64,000 nt of DNA. It comes from Paraspadella gotoi. Its lineage: Eukaryota > Animalia > Chaetognatha. The position numbers and the translations under genes are program-made. The notes beneath the pieces were generated by a model. The model saw only the letters and a list, made by a program, of their open reading frames with translations, searched no databases and had not been told where the DNA came from. Location: assembly GCA_051294375.1 (NCBI GenBank), contig CM119263.1, positions 28,433,280 to 28,497,279 on the forward strand, in the 5' to 3' direction. Shown piece after piece: positions 26,182 to 39,456 of this stretch. Position 1 is the stretch's first letter. Each line of letters starts with the position of its first letter.

Positions 26182-28995
26182 TCAAACCCTCCTGGCACCA
26201 GCGACCCTCTTCCCGTCGACGAACACATCCGAGATGTTCCTCTTCGTCCCCGTCCGCAGGAACCACTCCACGCGGTCTTCAACGGAGGCCGTCTCGTCGA
26301 GGACGAAGCCGTCGTCGTCGTCGGCGGCGACGTCGACGAGGAGGGCGTCGAATCTGCGACCGACTTCGAAGGATCCAATGAGGTCGTCAAGGCTGAGAAC
26401 CTGGAAAGGGGGAAGGAGGTATAATCAAACAAAAAAACAAACATTAAAATAAACATCGACAAACAACAAACAAAGAAACGGAGCGGGAATCTTTTATTAA
26501 CGGACAGTACCACTGGGTCACACTGTATGTTAGATTTAATACATTTGTTTGTTTCCTAAAAACTTTAGTAAAATATCCGTAGCAATTAGGACCTACCTTT
26601 GCGCCTCCTAGAGTCAACATCCGGAACGCCTCTTTGTAGCTAATGACCGCCTCTTCGCCGCCACTTACATCGCCGCCGGCGCCGCCCCCTTCCACCTCCT
26701 TCACCGCCACCGACGCCGCCAGGGCGTCCCTCAAGGCGTCGAGCATAAAAGGCGAGGATCCGCCCGAGACGTCGGATCCGAGGCAGACGTTGACGCCCGC
26801 GTTGAGAAGACGGCGAACGCGGCAGAGGCCGGCCTTGGGGGGGGGTTTGGATTTGGAGGGAAATTTTTTTTTTTGTTATATATACTAGTGCGAAGAGACA
26901 TTACATGAACCGTAAAAAGATTAGTCAATAAACTCTTTACTTATTTGAATCAGTGCAGTTTTATTGAAAGACCAAGCATTCAATCCTTTTAGTGGGATAA
27001 TTTTTTAAGGCCAGCAATTTACATTGGTAAAATGGTCTTTCGAATTTATTTATTTTCCTGACCACTTTTAGGACCGCATTAATGTTGGTGACAGCGAAGA
27101 AAAAAAAGACAAAAATAACCTTTATATTAAAATTTGATCTGGGACAATGGACGACGCCGACGCCGGTTTGACTCAGCAGCGCCATCTCTTCGGCGCCGAC
27201 GCAAGTGACGTGCGCCATCAGGGTCTTTGGGGTCAAGAGTCCGCAATCGTTGAAGATGGCAGAGTCGTTGGGGAAAGAAGGGAAGAGGTGCTGAAAACGG
27301 AGAAATGGAGGGGGGGGGGAATGAAATCTAAGGGGTTGTTTATTTCTTTGTTTGTTGTGGTTTTTTGTATTTATTCTTGTATATTGGCTTTTTCTTTGGT
27401 TTCTTGTTCTTTCTGATTTATTGTGGATCGTTTCTGTTTTTTGTTGTTTGTTTTTATGTATATTACTTCTAATTTGTTGTTAAATGAGTTAATGTTAAGA
27501 AAATACGAAAAAAGGCCAAGAAAGCGAAATTTTAGTCTTTATCTTTATCTTTCTTTATCTTAATCTTAATCTTAATTTTAATTTTAATTTTAATCTTAAT
27601 TTTAATCTTAATTTTAATCTTAATTTTAATCTTATTTTTAATCTTAACATAATCTTAACTTACTTTTAACTTAATCTTAATCTTAATCTTAATCCAAAGC
27701 CACACCTTCGAGTAAGCAACTTCATCTCTGGATTCCGATAGATGACTCTGAATCCGGAGATCGAGTCTTCGCGCCAAATCCCCAAGATGGCGTAATGTCG
27801 ACTCCTCGCACGTGATTGTAAAGCGGGGCGTCACAATAGGGTAGACCAACGGCGGGGGTGGCGGCTGCGGCTGCAGCGATAATGCGGCCACGTCCTTGAC
27901 TAAAGACTCGAGGTCCTCCAAAGCTTCGTCCGGAGTCTGAAATCAGAGAGCATAAGGATTAGATTAAAATTTAGAAAAAAAAAAAAAACCAAAAAAAGTT
28001 TGTACAACTGAAATTACGTCAATTTGTGCGAAAGTAAGAACAAAAAAAATTTGTAAACTTAAAATTCAAAAAAAATTCAAATCTTGAAATAAAACGACGA
28101 CGACGACAAAAACAACATTTACATTTACGACGACAAAAACAACATTTACGACAACAAAAACATCAACGAAAACAACAAAAAACAATAAAAACAAGCAATG
28201 CATCCCCCTCCCTCACCCGCAACAACTCCTCCGGTCCGTTCCTCGTCATGGTCACCAGCCCCACCAACGCCCTCTGTCCCTGCGCCTGACACTCCCTCGC
28301 CAACTCCAGCGACGCCTGACGGTGACTCGTGGCGAAGTAGCAGGCCGTCGTGGTGCCGTGGGCGAGGAGCAGGCGGACGACGCCGGCGTAAACGCGCTTG
28401 GCGAAAGCGGCGTCGTGGAATCGAGATTCGAGGGGGAACGTGTAGGAATCGAGCCACTGTGTGGGGAAGGGATTATTTATTTATCTATTTATCTATTTAT
28501 AATCTATTTATATATATATTTATTTATTTTAATAATTTTCTCCACAATATTAATATTTCTAAAATATATCATGCAGTCAGTAAAATCAGTAATTTAGTTA
28601 TAATTTAATTATTGAGGCGAATTTTATTTAGATAATCATTAAAAAGAAAAAAAAATCCATTTGTTAAAGACATTACTCATTACTCTCACCTCCATCAAAG
28701 GCCAAATCCAATTTCTTCCCAAGATTCGGAAATTGCGGGCGTGCACGTGACCGTCAACGAATCCCGGCGTCAAAAATTGAGTCGGCGTCATCCGCGTCAC
28801 CAAGGCGCCGGCGCCAATCTCCGCCAGCAGCGGCTCCGCTTCAGCCGCAGGGACGCGAAAAACGATGGCGCCGGAATCGTCGACGCCGACGGCGACGTCA
28901 ATTTCGATCACGAGAGGATCGTCCTCTGGCGGTCAAAGATCGAAGCGACGTGAGGATAAACCATACAAACAAACAAACAAACAAACAAACAATTA

Positions 28996-29058
<63 letters not shown>

Positions 29059-29124
29059 TAATCAATCAATCAATTAAGCAATCTCACCAGTGGCGTAAAT
29101 GATGTTTCCGATAAATACTTTCAT
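26182..29124 (-). CDS. GDA: Guanine deaminase (amidohydrolase superfamily), 7 exons, 456 aa
   Basis: Exons 29124-29088, 28925-28690, 28456-28217, 27936-27706, 27290-27120, 26833-26597, 26400-26182; all GT-AG, total 1371 nt. Motifs: PGFVDGHVHA, WLDSYTFPLE, GTTTACYFAT, PIVTPRF, QSHLSE, MAH, HCPRSN, LGSDVSGG, TLGGA, IGSFEVGRRFDALLVD, VFVDGKRV. Confidence 0.95.
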
Positions 29125-29760
29125 TTTATTATTACTTTTTCTGAGTTTAATAGAAACTGAAAAAAGAGTAGGAAAGATTCGGGCTGAAAGACGGCATTTT
29201 CGTTCAATGTTCGACTGTACGTGAATTATTAAAACGGGTTTCGAGTCAGATATTCCTCCGGTGATAAAAGTTCAGAAAAAATTTGTAAGTAAAATCCGGC
29301 TTGTAACAAAACAAGTTTGGATCTGCCAAACGATTATTAAGCGGTAAACATCTAATCGGATGATTTATTTATTTTACTAACAATATTTATATTTAATAAT
29401 TTTTAAATTTTAATTGCCTCCGTCTAAAAAAAATTATAAAGTGGAACATGGTGTTTGTTTTTTTTAATTTAAACTAATTTCCACCCGGAAGATTATATTG
29501 ATAATTTATTTCCAGCTCAACCAGATACTTTTTTATCCAAAATTTTAAGTCGATCGCCCGGTCCACTTGAGAGTAATTGGCGATTAAAGAAAAGAGAGGA
29601 CAGATCGACGGACGGAAGGACGGACAGATAGACGGACTGACATCGATTTATTGACATATTTTCTCATAATTTGATGAACTGTGATGATGTGAATGACTTA
29701 TCAACAAGATTTAAGGGTGGACCGACGTAGCGACAAAGTGGATGATAGAGCTGGAATCTT

Positions 29761-29828
29761 CTGTAAGCAGATCCTGCTTACAGTAACACTTCGCACTTCG
29801 CACTTCGCACTTCGCACTTCGCACTTCG
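29761..29828 (+). repeat. 10-bp stem hairpin followed by a (CACTTCG)6 tail; possible 3' end of a non-LTR element
   Basis: CTGTAAGCAG-ATC-CTGCTTACAG at 29761-29783, then six CACTTCG units. Confidence 0.45.
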
Positions 29829-30117
29829 ATGTGAACCTTATTCTAAATCATTTGCGATTATAACTTAAATTCTATTTTATTCTAGACTGCTGGGAAGTGA
29901 ACTTAGCTAAATTATTACCAAGATTAGCTGATCAAATAATTAATTTTTTGGGGTCAAAACGCTTTTTTCAAAAATTAGACCGAAACGACGACGACGACAA
30001 CTACAACAACAACAACAACAGCGAATATGGATTTGTGGTTTCGACCTTCGAAATGAATTGGGAAAACGTGAGGCGGCATTCCTTCCTGGACTGAGACGGA
30101 AGTTTTTGCCGAAAAAC

Positions 30118-30152
<35 letters not shown>

Positions 30153-30832
30153 AACTTTCTTTTTTCTTTAACAACATGACCCCTAATTCATTATTTTCTT
30201 TCTAAGGTCTACACTTTTTTCGTCCCTTTTCTCTCCCACTCTCTCTCCCTGTTTCTCACTCGCTCTATCTTCCCACGCCTTTTGTCTCTCTTTCTCCTCT
30301 CCCACCCCCCTCTCTCTCTTTCTCACTCCCCCTTTCTCCACCGTCACGCAACAAGACGAAAAACATGTCAATATTTGGTCAACACAAACAAAGGGGCAAA
30401 AACCGCCGCGGCGAGTCGCGCCGACAAAAGACGCCATAGATATTCTGGGCCGAAGACAAAAAAAAAGGAAAGGCTTCTTTTTCTCGTCCGAGTTTCTTAA
30501 TTGCGTTTTCCCTCTGGCCTTTTGTTTTCCCGCCGTTTCTATTTCTGTCAGGCGAGTTCCTCATTCGGGTGTGTGCGTACCTCTCTCTCTCTCTCTCTCC
30601 TCTCTTCTCTCTCTCTCTCTCTCTCTTCTCTCTCCTCTCTCTCTCTCTTCTCTCTCTTCTTTCTCTTTCTCCTTTCTTCTCTCTTCTCCTTCTCTTTCTC
30701 TTTTCTCACATTCGTTTCACGGTCATGTGTAGTTTTTCTACTCTTCGCCATTTCTTTTCCGCGGTCTTGATTACTTTTTGTCTCTATCTCATCTTCTCTC
30801 TCTCTCTCTCTCCTCTCTCTCTTCTCTTCTCT

Positions 30833-30920
<88 letters not shown>

Positions 30921-31005
30921 TATCTCTCACAGTGCCGTGTCTTCTTTTAAAAATCGTCCATAAAAATGAAATCTAAAAAAGAAGTACTTTGGAAAATACA
31001 CGAGA

Positions 31006-31057
<52 letters not shown>

Positions 31058-33673
31058 AGAGAGATGAATCGCGGGGATAAAGAATGAAAAAGCCCCAGAA
31101 TTCCGAACACAACACGGAAAATGTCTCGGGCTCGAAATCTCTTCCGCTCTCATGGTTTTCGAGTGGCTTTGTACGAGGGCCGAGTTTCGGAGGAAAAAAG
31201 GAAAGAAGGAAAGAAAACTGAGAATTATTTGAAAAGAAAAGAAAATAAAATGGATGAAGATTTTAAAAGAAAAAAAAGTGGAGGAAGATTTTAAAAGAAA
31301 AGAAAATAAATTGAAGGAAGATTTTAAAAGAATGAAAATGAAACAGGAGAAAAGATATGAAGAGGAAAGAGAAATAAAGTGAAGGAAAAATGTCAAATGA
31401 AAAAGAGATTAAAAAATATGACAAAGGAAATAGAAAGGGAAGAAGGTGAAATTAAAAAGAAATATATGAATTAAAATTAGGTGGTGAAAAATAACAATAA
31501 ATTTAAAAAACTAAGAGCTTGAGATCGAGTTTATTAAGGCAAAAAAAAGCGAAAATATTAATAGAAAACAAAAGAATAAGAAAGAATAAGCAGAAAGAAA
31601 AAAAGTAATAGTAGTAAAAAAGAGAATAATATTACTAAGAAAGAAGGAAAAGAAATAAAGAAATATTTGAGGAGAAAAAAAAGTTAAAAAAAAGAAATAA
31701 ATCTGAGTCTGAATCTCGGAAAAAGATTTGAAAATTTCTGAATATAATCCCTTTCCTCCACTTATATTCTGAGGTTTTTTTTTCTCCTTCTCTCTTTCCT
31801 TCTCTTACTTTCCTCCGATAGGGACAGAGTGGTTGAATGGAGAGTGAGAGAAAGGATTTCGGGTGTGAGAGGTTGGTGAGTGAAAACAGAGTCGGTGAGT
31901 AAAGCGATATATTTCCAGATTTTTTTTTTTGGGGGGGGAAGGAATTGAGATCTCGTTTCCGAAAAGATCAGAGTTGAAAGCGACTGACGGATGAAATGAC
32001 AGAAAGTCGAATTGAGGCCAAAAAAAGAGAGAAATGTTCACCGAGTGAATGATCCGATAGTGAAAAGTAGGTCGAGAGAGAAAAGTCAGTTCGTCTCTCG
32101 CGAAATCGGGTACGAGAAAAAAGGTGAGTTCTTTAAAATGTGGAACCGGAATCGGAAATTGCGTCGAGTTTTACAAATCTCATTTCCTACGTCGTCGTCG
32201 TCGTCGTCGTCGTCACGTGTCCGGAAAAATATCGACACGTTTGCTTAAAAAAAACCAAATGACAAAAAAAACCAAACCAAAAAACCGCTTTCACAGTTTT
32301 TTTTTTTTTTTTTGCAGGGGGAAAAAGTTGTCATTTTTGCTTGTTAAAAATCTTATTTAAATTAAAATTTTTCTTAGCTTATATAAGAATAATTAAACAA
32401 TATTGATGTAACATAATCTAAACGCGTTTAAATAAATAACTCATCCTTCAATATTTTCATTTTAGTCTTTTTTAAATTTTTAAATAATTAACACCCCAGA
32501 AAAAACACCATGATCAACAATGTTTAAAAATGATCATAAAAGTCACACTTCCCTCTTTTGTTTTCGAAAATTCACGAATAGTGAGTTGTGAAAAAAATGT
32601 GAAAAAGCGACGATGGAGAAAAAACTGGTTTCCGCGGTTTTTTAACGTCGCAGTCGCTCAACCGAACTTCAACCGCTTCAGGGAACTGTTTAGTCTTTCA
32701 CTTACCTTCCCCTACCTTACCTAATGCCACCGAAACTGACATCTTCCCCCGTCACCTCACGTTCAGAACAATTCCCCCACGCGCGCGGCGGTTTTATTTC
32801 TAAATCCGGAATCAGGAATCCCGGATTTTGCGAGGTTTTTATTCCCGATTTTGCGGAGAGGAAAGAAAGGAGAAGAGAAGAATAGAAAATAAGTCGAATG
32901 TGAAAAACTTTGAGCTGTAACATAACATTATATAACTCGACGAATTAACATAATCATAGTACAGAAAATATTTATAGATTTTGCGAAAGTTTACTTCAAA
33001 CCGCAAAGATGGGGTTGAATTTTTTTTTTTTTTTTTGCTGCGACGTTCTATCTATAATCATATTGTTTTGATTTTTAATTTAATTTTACCTAAACTAACA
33101 TTATGAGAATTATCAATAAACATAGCTCGTTCTCAAAACAAGAAGTAGTTGTTTCTGCTATATTGTTGTTCTAAGTTTTGTTTGATTGTTAGCTTTCCCT
33201 CTTTCTTTCTTTTCTTTATCCCTGTTATTTGGGCTTAATTCTTATTGATGAAAAGAACGCTTTAGCCTAGTATTACATTGATTAATTTTTACTTTCTCTC
33301 TCTCTCTTTCTCTCTCGTCCTCTCATCTCTCTCTCTCTCATCTCCTCCTCTCTCGTCCATCTCTCTCTCTCCTCTCCTTCTCTTCTCTGCTCTCTCTCTC
33401 TCATTTGTCTTAGAAAATTATTTCTCTCGCTCGAACGAATGGTTTTCTGGCTCGGGAGCAATTCTGCCTTTTCCTCTCCCCTTAACTTTGAGAACGAATG
33501 GCTCCCTTAATTTTCTTTTCTTTTTTCTCATTTTTATTTTCTCTTTTTTCTTTTTTTTTCTTTTTCTTTCCTTTCCTCCGTTTTATTGTTACGCTTCCTC
33601 CTTCCGACTTTTTATCTCGAAAATTTCGTTGTAAAGAGCAGATAAATTTTTTGTTCTCTCCCGGCCGAAAAAA

Positions 33674-33709
<36 letters not shown>

Positions 33710-34543
33710 GAGAGAGAATTTGGAACAGACATGAGGAAGATCTATTATGATAATTTTCCGGCCGTTAAAACAGCAAAAAACGAGGAGAGGGTGAGAGAAG
33801 TAAGGCGAGGTGAGTTCGAAATTAGGTAAGTAGAGTTTTAAAAGCGACGATGGGGAGAAAGAGTGGAAAGTGTAAGTCTCTCGGGGGGTAAACCCGTTTT
33901 CAAAAATAAAGAGTTGTCAGGTTGTGAATTTTAATGTGAAACACCGAGACTTGCGCCTGAGAATCTTCTCGCTTAATGTCATTTTTAAAAAAAAAAATTG
34001 TTTTCACATTTTTCTTTTAAATCCTTGCTCCTTTTGTTATTTCTTATTTTACACACAGACCCATGTGGGGTGACAGAAGCTTCAGCAATGGTGGTGGTAT
34101 ACATTGTGGCAGAAACAGCGTCATTTGAAGTGGCAGCAGTGGCAGCAATAGCAGCAGTAGAAGCAGTGGCAGGAGTAGCAGCTTTGAGTTATCTGCGAAT
34201 ATGAATTTCAAGTTTTGATGTTGAACCTCGAGTTTGTGGAATCGAAAAAAACTAATCCTTTGGTTGAGCCAATAAAATCTCTCGACAGAAACGAGGCGGA
34301 GAAAAAAAAACCGATGAAAAAAGCTATTTAAAAAGATATATCAAAAAGAGAAGTTCAACTTTGCAACACTTCTCTCCATCCACCCAAGCTAAACTCTTCC
34401 ACAAACCTTCCACTTCACCTCTCCATCTCCCGCCACCGCCCACTTCCGGTCCGAGTCTAAGATTCCATCTTCGACGCCATAATCTTTTCTTCTCTCTCTC
34501 TCTCCTCTTCTCCTCTCTCTCTCTCTCTTCTCTCCTCGCCTCT

Positions 34544-34598
<55 letters not shown>

Positions 34599-34822
34599 AT
34601 ATTTCGTCTTGAAACTTCGCGCCCCGCAGAGTCGTTTTCTTCCCCGAAAACCCGATAAAAAACCTCCTCGTTTTCTTGAAGGCTTTAAAACCGGCCGACC
34701 TTTTCTCGGCATTCTCTCAGCGCTTCGATCGCATTTCCGGCTCTTTCCGATCAGTTTTTATCCCATAATTTTTTCCCGCGGCCGAAGAAAACTCGATTGA
34801 AAAATCCACGTCCGCGGTTGCC

Positions 34823-34853
<31 letters not shown>

Positions 34854-35990
34854 CGAGAGGGAGTTGAGAGAGAGAAGAGACGACTGATGAGAAGAGAGAT
34901 GCGTATGGAGTGAGAGAGAGATGATGAGAGAAGAGAGAGAGAGAGAGAGAGATTGAGAGAGAAGTTGAGAGAGAGAGAGAGAAGAGATTGACGAGAGGAG
35001 AGAGAGAGGAGAAGCTAGAGAGAGAGCAGAGACGAGATCAGAGAGAGACGATACGAGAAGTCGAGAAGAGAGCGCGACTGAGAATGAGATAGACGACGAG
35101 GGAGAGGAGGGAGAGGAGGAGAGATGAGATGTCGGACGGGAGCCAGCATGGGAGTGAATTCGGAAGTCTGCACAAGAGTTGCTTGAGAGGAGAGAGCGCA
35201 GACCGAGTACGAGGGAGCGAGGACCCCGCGGAACGAAGCAGAGAGATCGACCCGAGAGCAGTGAGAGAGAGACGTAGAGAGAGTAGAGAGGAGAGAGAGA
35301 GCAGAGAGAGAGAGAGAGAGGAAACCTGTAAAAAATACTTTCGAACACGAACTGAAACGATAATAAAATAGAAAAGAATTCATCCCGATGTGGAATATTA
35401 TCGTAGTAAGAAATATATAAACACAAAAAAGTTAAACAAGTTTACTAAGTTTGANNNNNNNNNNNNNNNNNNNNNNNNNGTGTTGACATTGAATGGAGAC
35501 AAAGAAGGAGCGGACAAAATAGGAAGAATGAAATCGAATCGGCTTAGGTTACTATGTGATATTAATTTTTAAAGGAGACAAAGAAAGAAAAACAATTGCT
35601 TTACATTTGTAAACATAAGACCATACTTACTTATACATCAAATTTAAAATAAGCTAAAACTTTCTTCGACCAGCGTTTGAGGGAGCGAAATTATTCATGG
35701 AAGAACTATGAATTTATTTAAAATAGACTATAAAAAAGATTGGCTATTTGATTTTCTATTTTACATAATAAACCACACGCAGGATTGTTTCAGGGTGACC
35801 TGGATATGCTTGGAGTAATTTAGGATAAAAAATTAACAAATCTAATCATTTTTTTAAAGATCACAAACTGACTTTGCTTAAAATATTTTTTAAAATTAAT
35901 TTTATAAAAACCCAAAGTGAAAGTCGTAAAGCGAAATGGCACCAAAAGTGAAACTGATAATACACCCAAAAGTTGAACCGGGAATTAAAC

Positions 35991-36030
35991 CCGGATGTAC
36001 ATCCCCCGGAAGTGGATTAGGAAGTGGGCG
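35991..36030. promoter_or_regulatory. Cluster of ETS-type motifs
   Basis: CCGGATGT, CCGGAAGT and AGGAAGTG within 40 bp. Single CACTTCCGGT sites also occur at ~34441 and ~59910 in CpG-rich patches. Confidence 0.3.
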
Positions 36031-36295
36031 GAACGGAAAGAGATTCGTCGTAAAAAGAGTCGTATACTTTACGAGAATTTGGAGGAGATGACTTCGTCCG
36101 GTTTACGGTTCCGCGTTAAATGCCCCCCCCTAAGCTAGAGGTCCTTTCGTCGCGAAAATATTTTTTAACGTTAGTGTTTAACAACTTTAAATGTTTTGAA
36201 ATTTTATAGTGAAGTTAATTTTAAGTTTAAACGGCCTCGAGAGAAGCAGTAACTTTTTCACTCCATCACGATAATCCTGTAGTGTTTTTCTTCAT

Positions 36296-36560
36296 TCGTG
36301 ACCAGGTGGGTAAAACCATCACTCATACCCTGGGTTCAAAGCCAACCCAGTAACTTCCCTGCGGTAAGCCTTGGGAACGTAGCAGCTCCCTCTGGCCCCT
36401 GATTATAAGGTCACAACTGAAGGAACAATGACTGGAGGCCAGCCGCTAGGTGATCTTTCCAATGCCCGCTAAAACCTTTAAACTGGTTCCAAGTCCATGA
36501 CCCCTTCCATTCCTTATACTGCCCACTTGGCTCCTTAAATCTATAATCCAATCCAACCTG
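36296..36560 (+). mobile_element. SINE-like copy, divergent member of the family at 200-345 and 48800-48915
   Basis: A-box-like TGACCAGGTGG, B-box-like GGGTTCAAAGCC, CTTCCCTGCGG, and AAAACCTTTAAACTGGTTCCAAGTCC (resembles AAACCCTCAAGCCTGGTTCCAAGCCC on the minus strand at ~48830-48855); ends in AATCC/TG repeats. Confidence 0.4.
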
Positions 36561-37839
36561 TGTGTGTGTCACCCATAAAATCTCATCCGGCGTCGACCAC
36601 GTTTTAATCGCGACGCCGGAAATCGACGACGAGGGCGCCGCGGCGCCGGTTTTTTTCTTTCTTCCTCAACATCCGAACAATCGAGTAAAAAATGACGCCA
36701 CGCGTCGCTGTCGTTACTCATCCTCGCGAGGGCGCCGCGAGGAAAGAGGGGAGATTGAGGTAGGGGTGCGTCGTGTGGCGTCAGGGGGCGTAAGTCGGCG
36801 TTGGAGGACGTCGGGTGGCTTCGGGCGACGCCGTGCGAAACGTACATCACGTTGCAAAAAAATCGAGTCTGAGTTCGAAGGACGAAACGCGCGTGAAGCG
36901 AGATTGTCCCGAGTGAGTCTGGGAGAATAAATGTGAATAGAAGTTAGTGAATATAAGATTTAAAGAAATAGAGTAAATTGATGAAAAAAAAGGCCAAGTG
37001 TTACTCGAAATATACGAGAGAAATATGAGAGATCGCGTAAAAAGGATTTTGTTGGAGAGAGATGGGGTTCTGTAGCTCTCCTTGTCAGAGGTAGTTTCGA
37101 ATTCACCCTGAGGTTCACGCGTCGCATAATTTTTTTCACGTGACTTGTATCGCGCGGGAAATAAGAAATTGCGAGCAAAAAGCAGAAGCATGAAAAAAGG
37201 GTAAGGCAGCAGAAATGTTGGCTACGAATACGTAAATGCGTACAACCTTTTTGTTATATGAGGTATATAAGTTATAAATAAGGTAAATTGAGACGAAGAA
37301 GTTTATTCATTATACAATATACAATTGTCTCGAGTACACTTATCATTAATCATTTACTATGAACGAGTACAACGAGCCTTACAAAATGATTTGCAATTCA
37401 TGAGGCGTAAAACGTCAGCGTAAAATGGAAACTCCTTTCGGATGCGCAAAATTGTCGAGAGGTGATTTTCTTGTACGTGAGACGAGTATAAGAGAACGAC
37501 GAAGCAAATTGCGATGTGAGAACGTACGAGGGGAAAATATAATAAAACAGTAAATAGAAAATAGAAAATAGAAAATAGAAAATAGAAAATAGAAAATAGA
37601 AAATAGAAAATAGAAAATAGGTGCAAAGAAAAAAACAGGATTCGTCACCATCTTTGTTGGAGGAAATCAGAAGATGCCAGATATCTCAGTGAAGCAGCAC
37701 GAGAATTGTATTTATATATTAAAAAATAATAATTTAATAAAAGATATATAACAAATGGGAGTTCATGTATAATTTTTGTTATCTATTAGACAGATGATCT
37801 AATGTTGGGAGACATTTGGCCCTGAAAAAGAACTGTCTT

Positions 37840-37991
37840 TTGGATCGAAATCCTAATCTCGGATTAAGCGATGACTCTTGGATCGAAATCCTAATCTCGG
37901 ATTAAGCGATGACTCTTGGATCGAAATCATAATCTCGGATTAAGCGATGACTCTTGGATGGAAATCATAATCTCGGATTAAGCGAAGACTC
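37840..37991. repeat. 38-bp minisatellite, 4 copies
   Basis: Unit TTGGATCGAAATCCTAATCTCGGATTAAGCGATGACTC starting at 37840, 37878, 37916 and 37954; internal dyad TAATC-TCG-GATTA. Confidence 0.95.
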
Positions 37992-39336
37992 TCAAAGGTG
38001 TAGTATTAAAACTTTAACTTTTCTGCCAAGAAGTTTCCAGCCAAGCGTCGCGAAGGTTCATTCTTGGCGCGGCGCCTCGAATGTAACTTCACAACAAGAA
38101 CCACAACAACAACAGACGCCTAGGTTTTTCACGTCCGCCTCATTTGTCTCGCCATGCTTGCCTCATTAGGCATACCACCTGACAACCTTGCCAGCATGCG
38201 ACCGTTCGCTTCGGTTAGACACAACGCAGGGCAACGGTAGTGATATACACGAAGTATATTATCAACAACGGCTTCGGTTCTGCCCGTGAACTTGATTCAA
38301 TTTTCGTTCTCTCACAGCGAAGCGAAATTCCATTAGATGTGCCATTGTTACCGTTTCCATTATCAACAACAACGACAACAACCTCGACGATTACTTGGAG
38401 AAGCCACAACGACTATACAGACTCCCTTGGAACGACGACGACGACGACGACGACGAGCACCAAATCGACCCCCCCCCTTCCCAGCGAAACGCGCGCGCAA
38501 TAATTAAGCGGAGATTTCAAAGCGAAAAAAAGTTAAAGATTCTCTCGAAGACAATAGGGAGAGAAAATGAAATCATTGCGGGGGAGAGAGAAGAAGGGGA
38601 CAGAGAGAGAGAGAGAAAAGAATGGAATCAGGGATTCAGCTCATTTTGCAATTCCATTTTATCCTTAACTGCTTTTGTTTCTATTTCTCNNNNNNNNNNN
38701 NNNNNNNNNNNNNNNNNNNNNNNNNNNNNNNNNNNNNNNNNNNNNNNNNNNNNNNNNNNNNNNNNNNNNNNNNNNNNNNNNNNNNNNNNNNNNNNNNNNN
38801 NNNNNNNNNNNNNNNNNNNNNNNNNNNNNNNNNNNNNNNNNNNNNNNNNNNNNNNNNNNNNNNNNNNNNNNNNNNNNNNNNNNNNNNNNNNNNNNNNNNN
38901 NNNNNNNNNNNNNNNNNNNNNNNNNNNNNNNNNNNNNNNNNNNNNNNNNNNNNNNNNNNNNNNNNNNNNNNNNNNNNNNNNNNNNNNNNNNNNNNNNNNN
39001 NNNNNNNNNNNNNNNNNNNNNNNNNNNNNNNNNNNNNNNNNNNNNNNNNNNNNNNNNNNNNNNNNNNNNNNNNNNNNNNNNNNNNNNNNNNNNNNNNNNN
39101 NNNNNNNNNNNNNNNNNNNNNNNNNNNNNNNNNNNNNNNNNNNNNNNNNNNNNNNNNNNNNNNNNNNNNNNNNNNNNNNNNNNNNNNNNNNNNNNNNNNN
39201 NNNNNNNNNNNNNNNNNNNNNNNNNNNNNNNNNNNNNNNNNNNNNNNNNGGGAGGACCGCTTAAGCTGTCGAGTCCGTGAGGCGGGAGAAAGAGAGACAG
39301 AGAGTTGTGATAGGAAAGGGTGAGCTCGTGAATGGC

Positions 39337-39456
39337 GATTGGTGATTGGTCGCGACGGTGAATGGTAAATGGGGGAAAGGATTATAGGGACGAGTTATGA
39401 TTGGTGGAGAGAGGTTGGTTTTGATTGGTCGAGAGATGAAGCCTTTGATTGGTCGA
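39337..39456. promoter_or_regulatory. Five CCAAT boxes (NF-Y consensus)
   Basis: GATTGGT at 39337, 39344, 39399, 39423 and 39447; the last two share TTTGATTGGTCGAGA. Adjacent to a ~560-N gap. Confidence 0.45.

Noticed and set aside
30500-35430. ORFs rich in SL/ER/RE/FFL repeats here and elsewhere (e.g. 11700-12360, 18100-19020, 48000-48600, 55900-56900)
   Set aside because: Translations of (GA)n and (AAAG)n microsatellites, which lack stop codons.
37840-37991. CRISPR array (38-bp repeats with a dyad)
   Set aside because: Head-to-tail tandem copies without spacers.
36674-38503. Plus-strand multi-exon gene starting MTPRVAVVTHP
   Set aside because: The first two candidate exons join in phase, but no consistent downstream splice path or recognisable domain was found.
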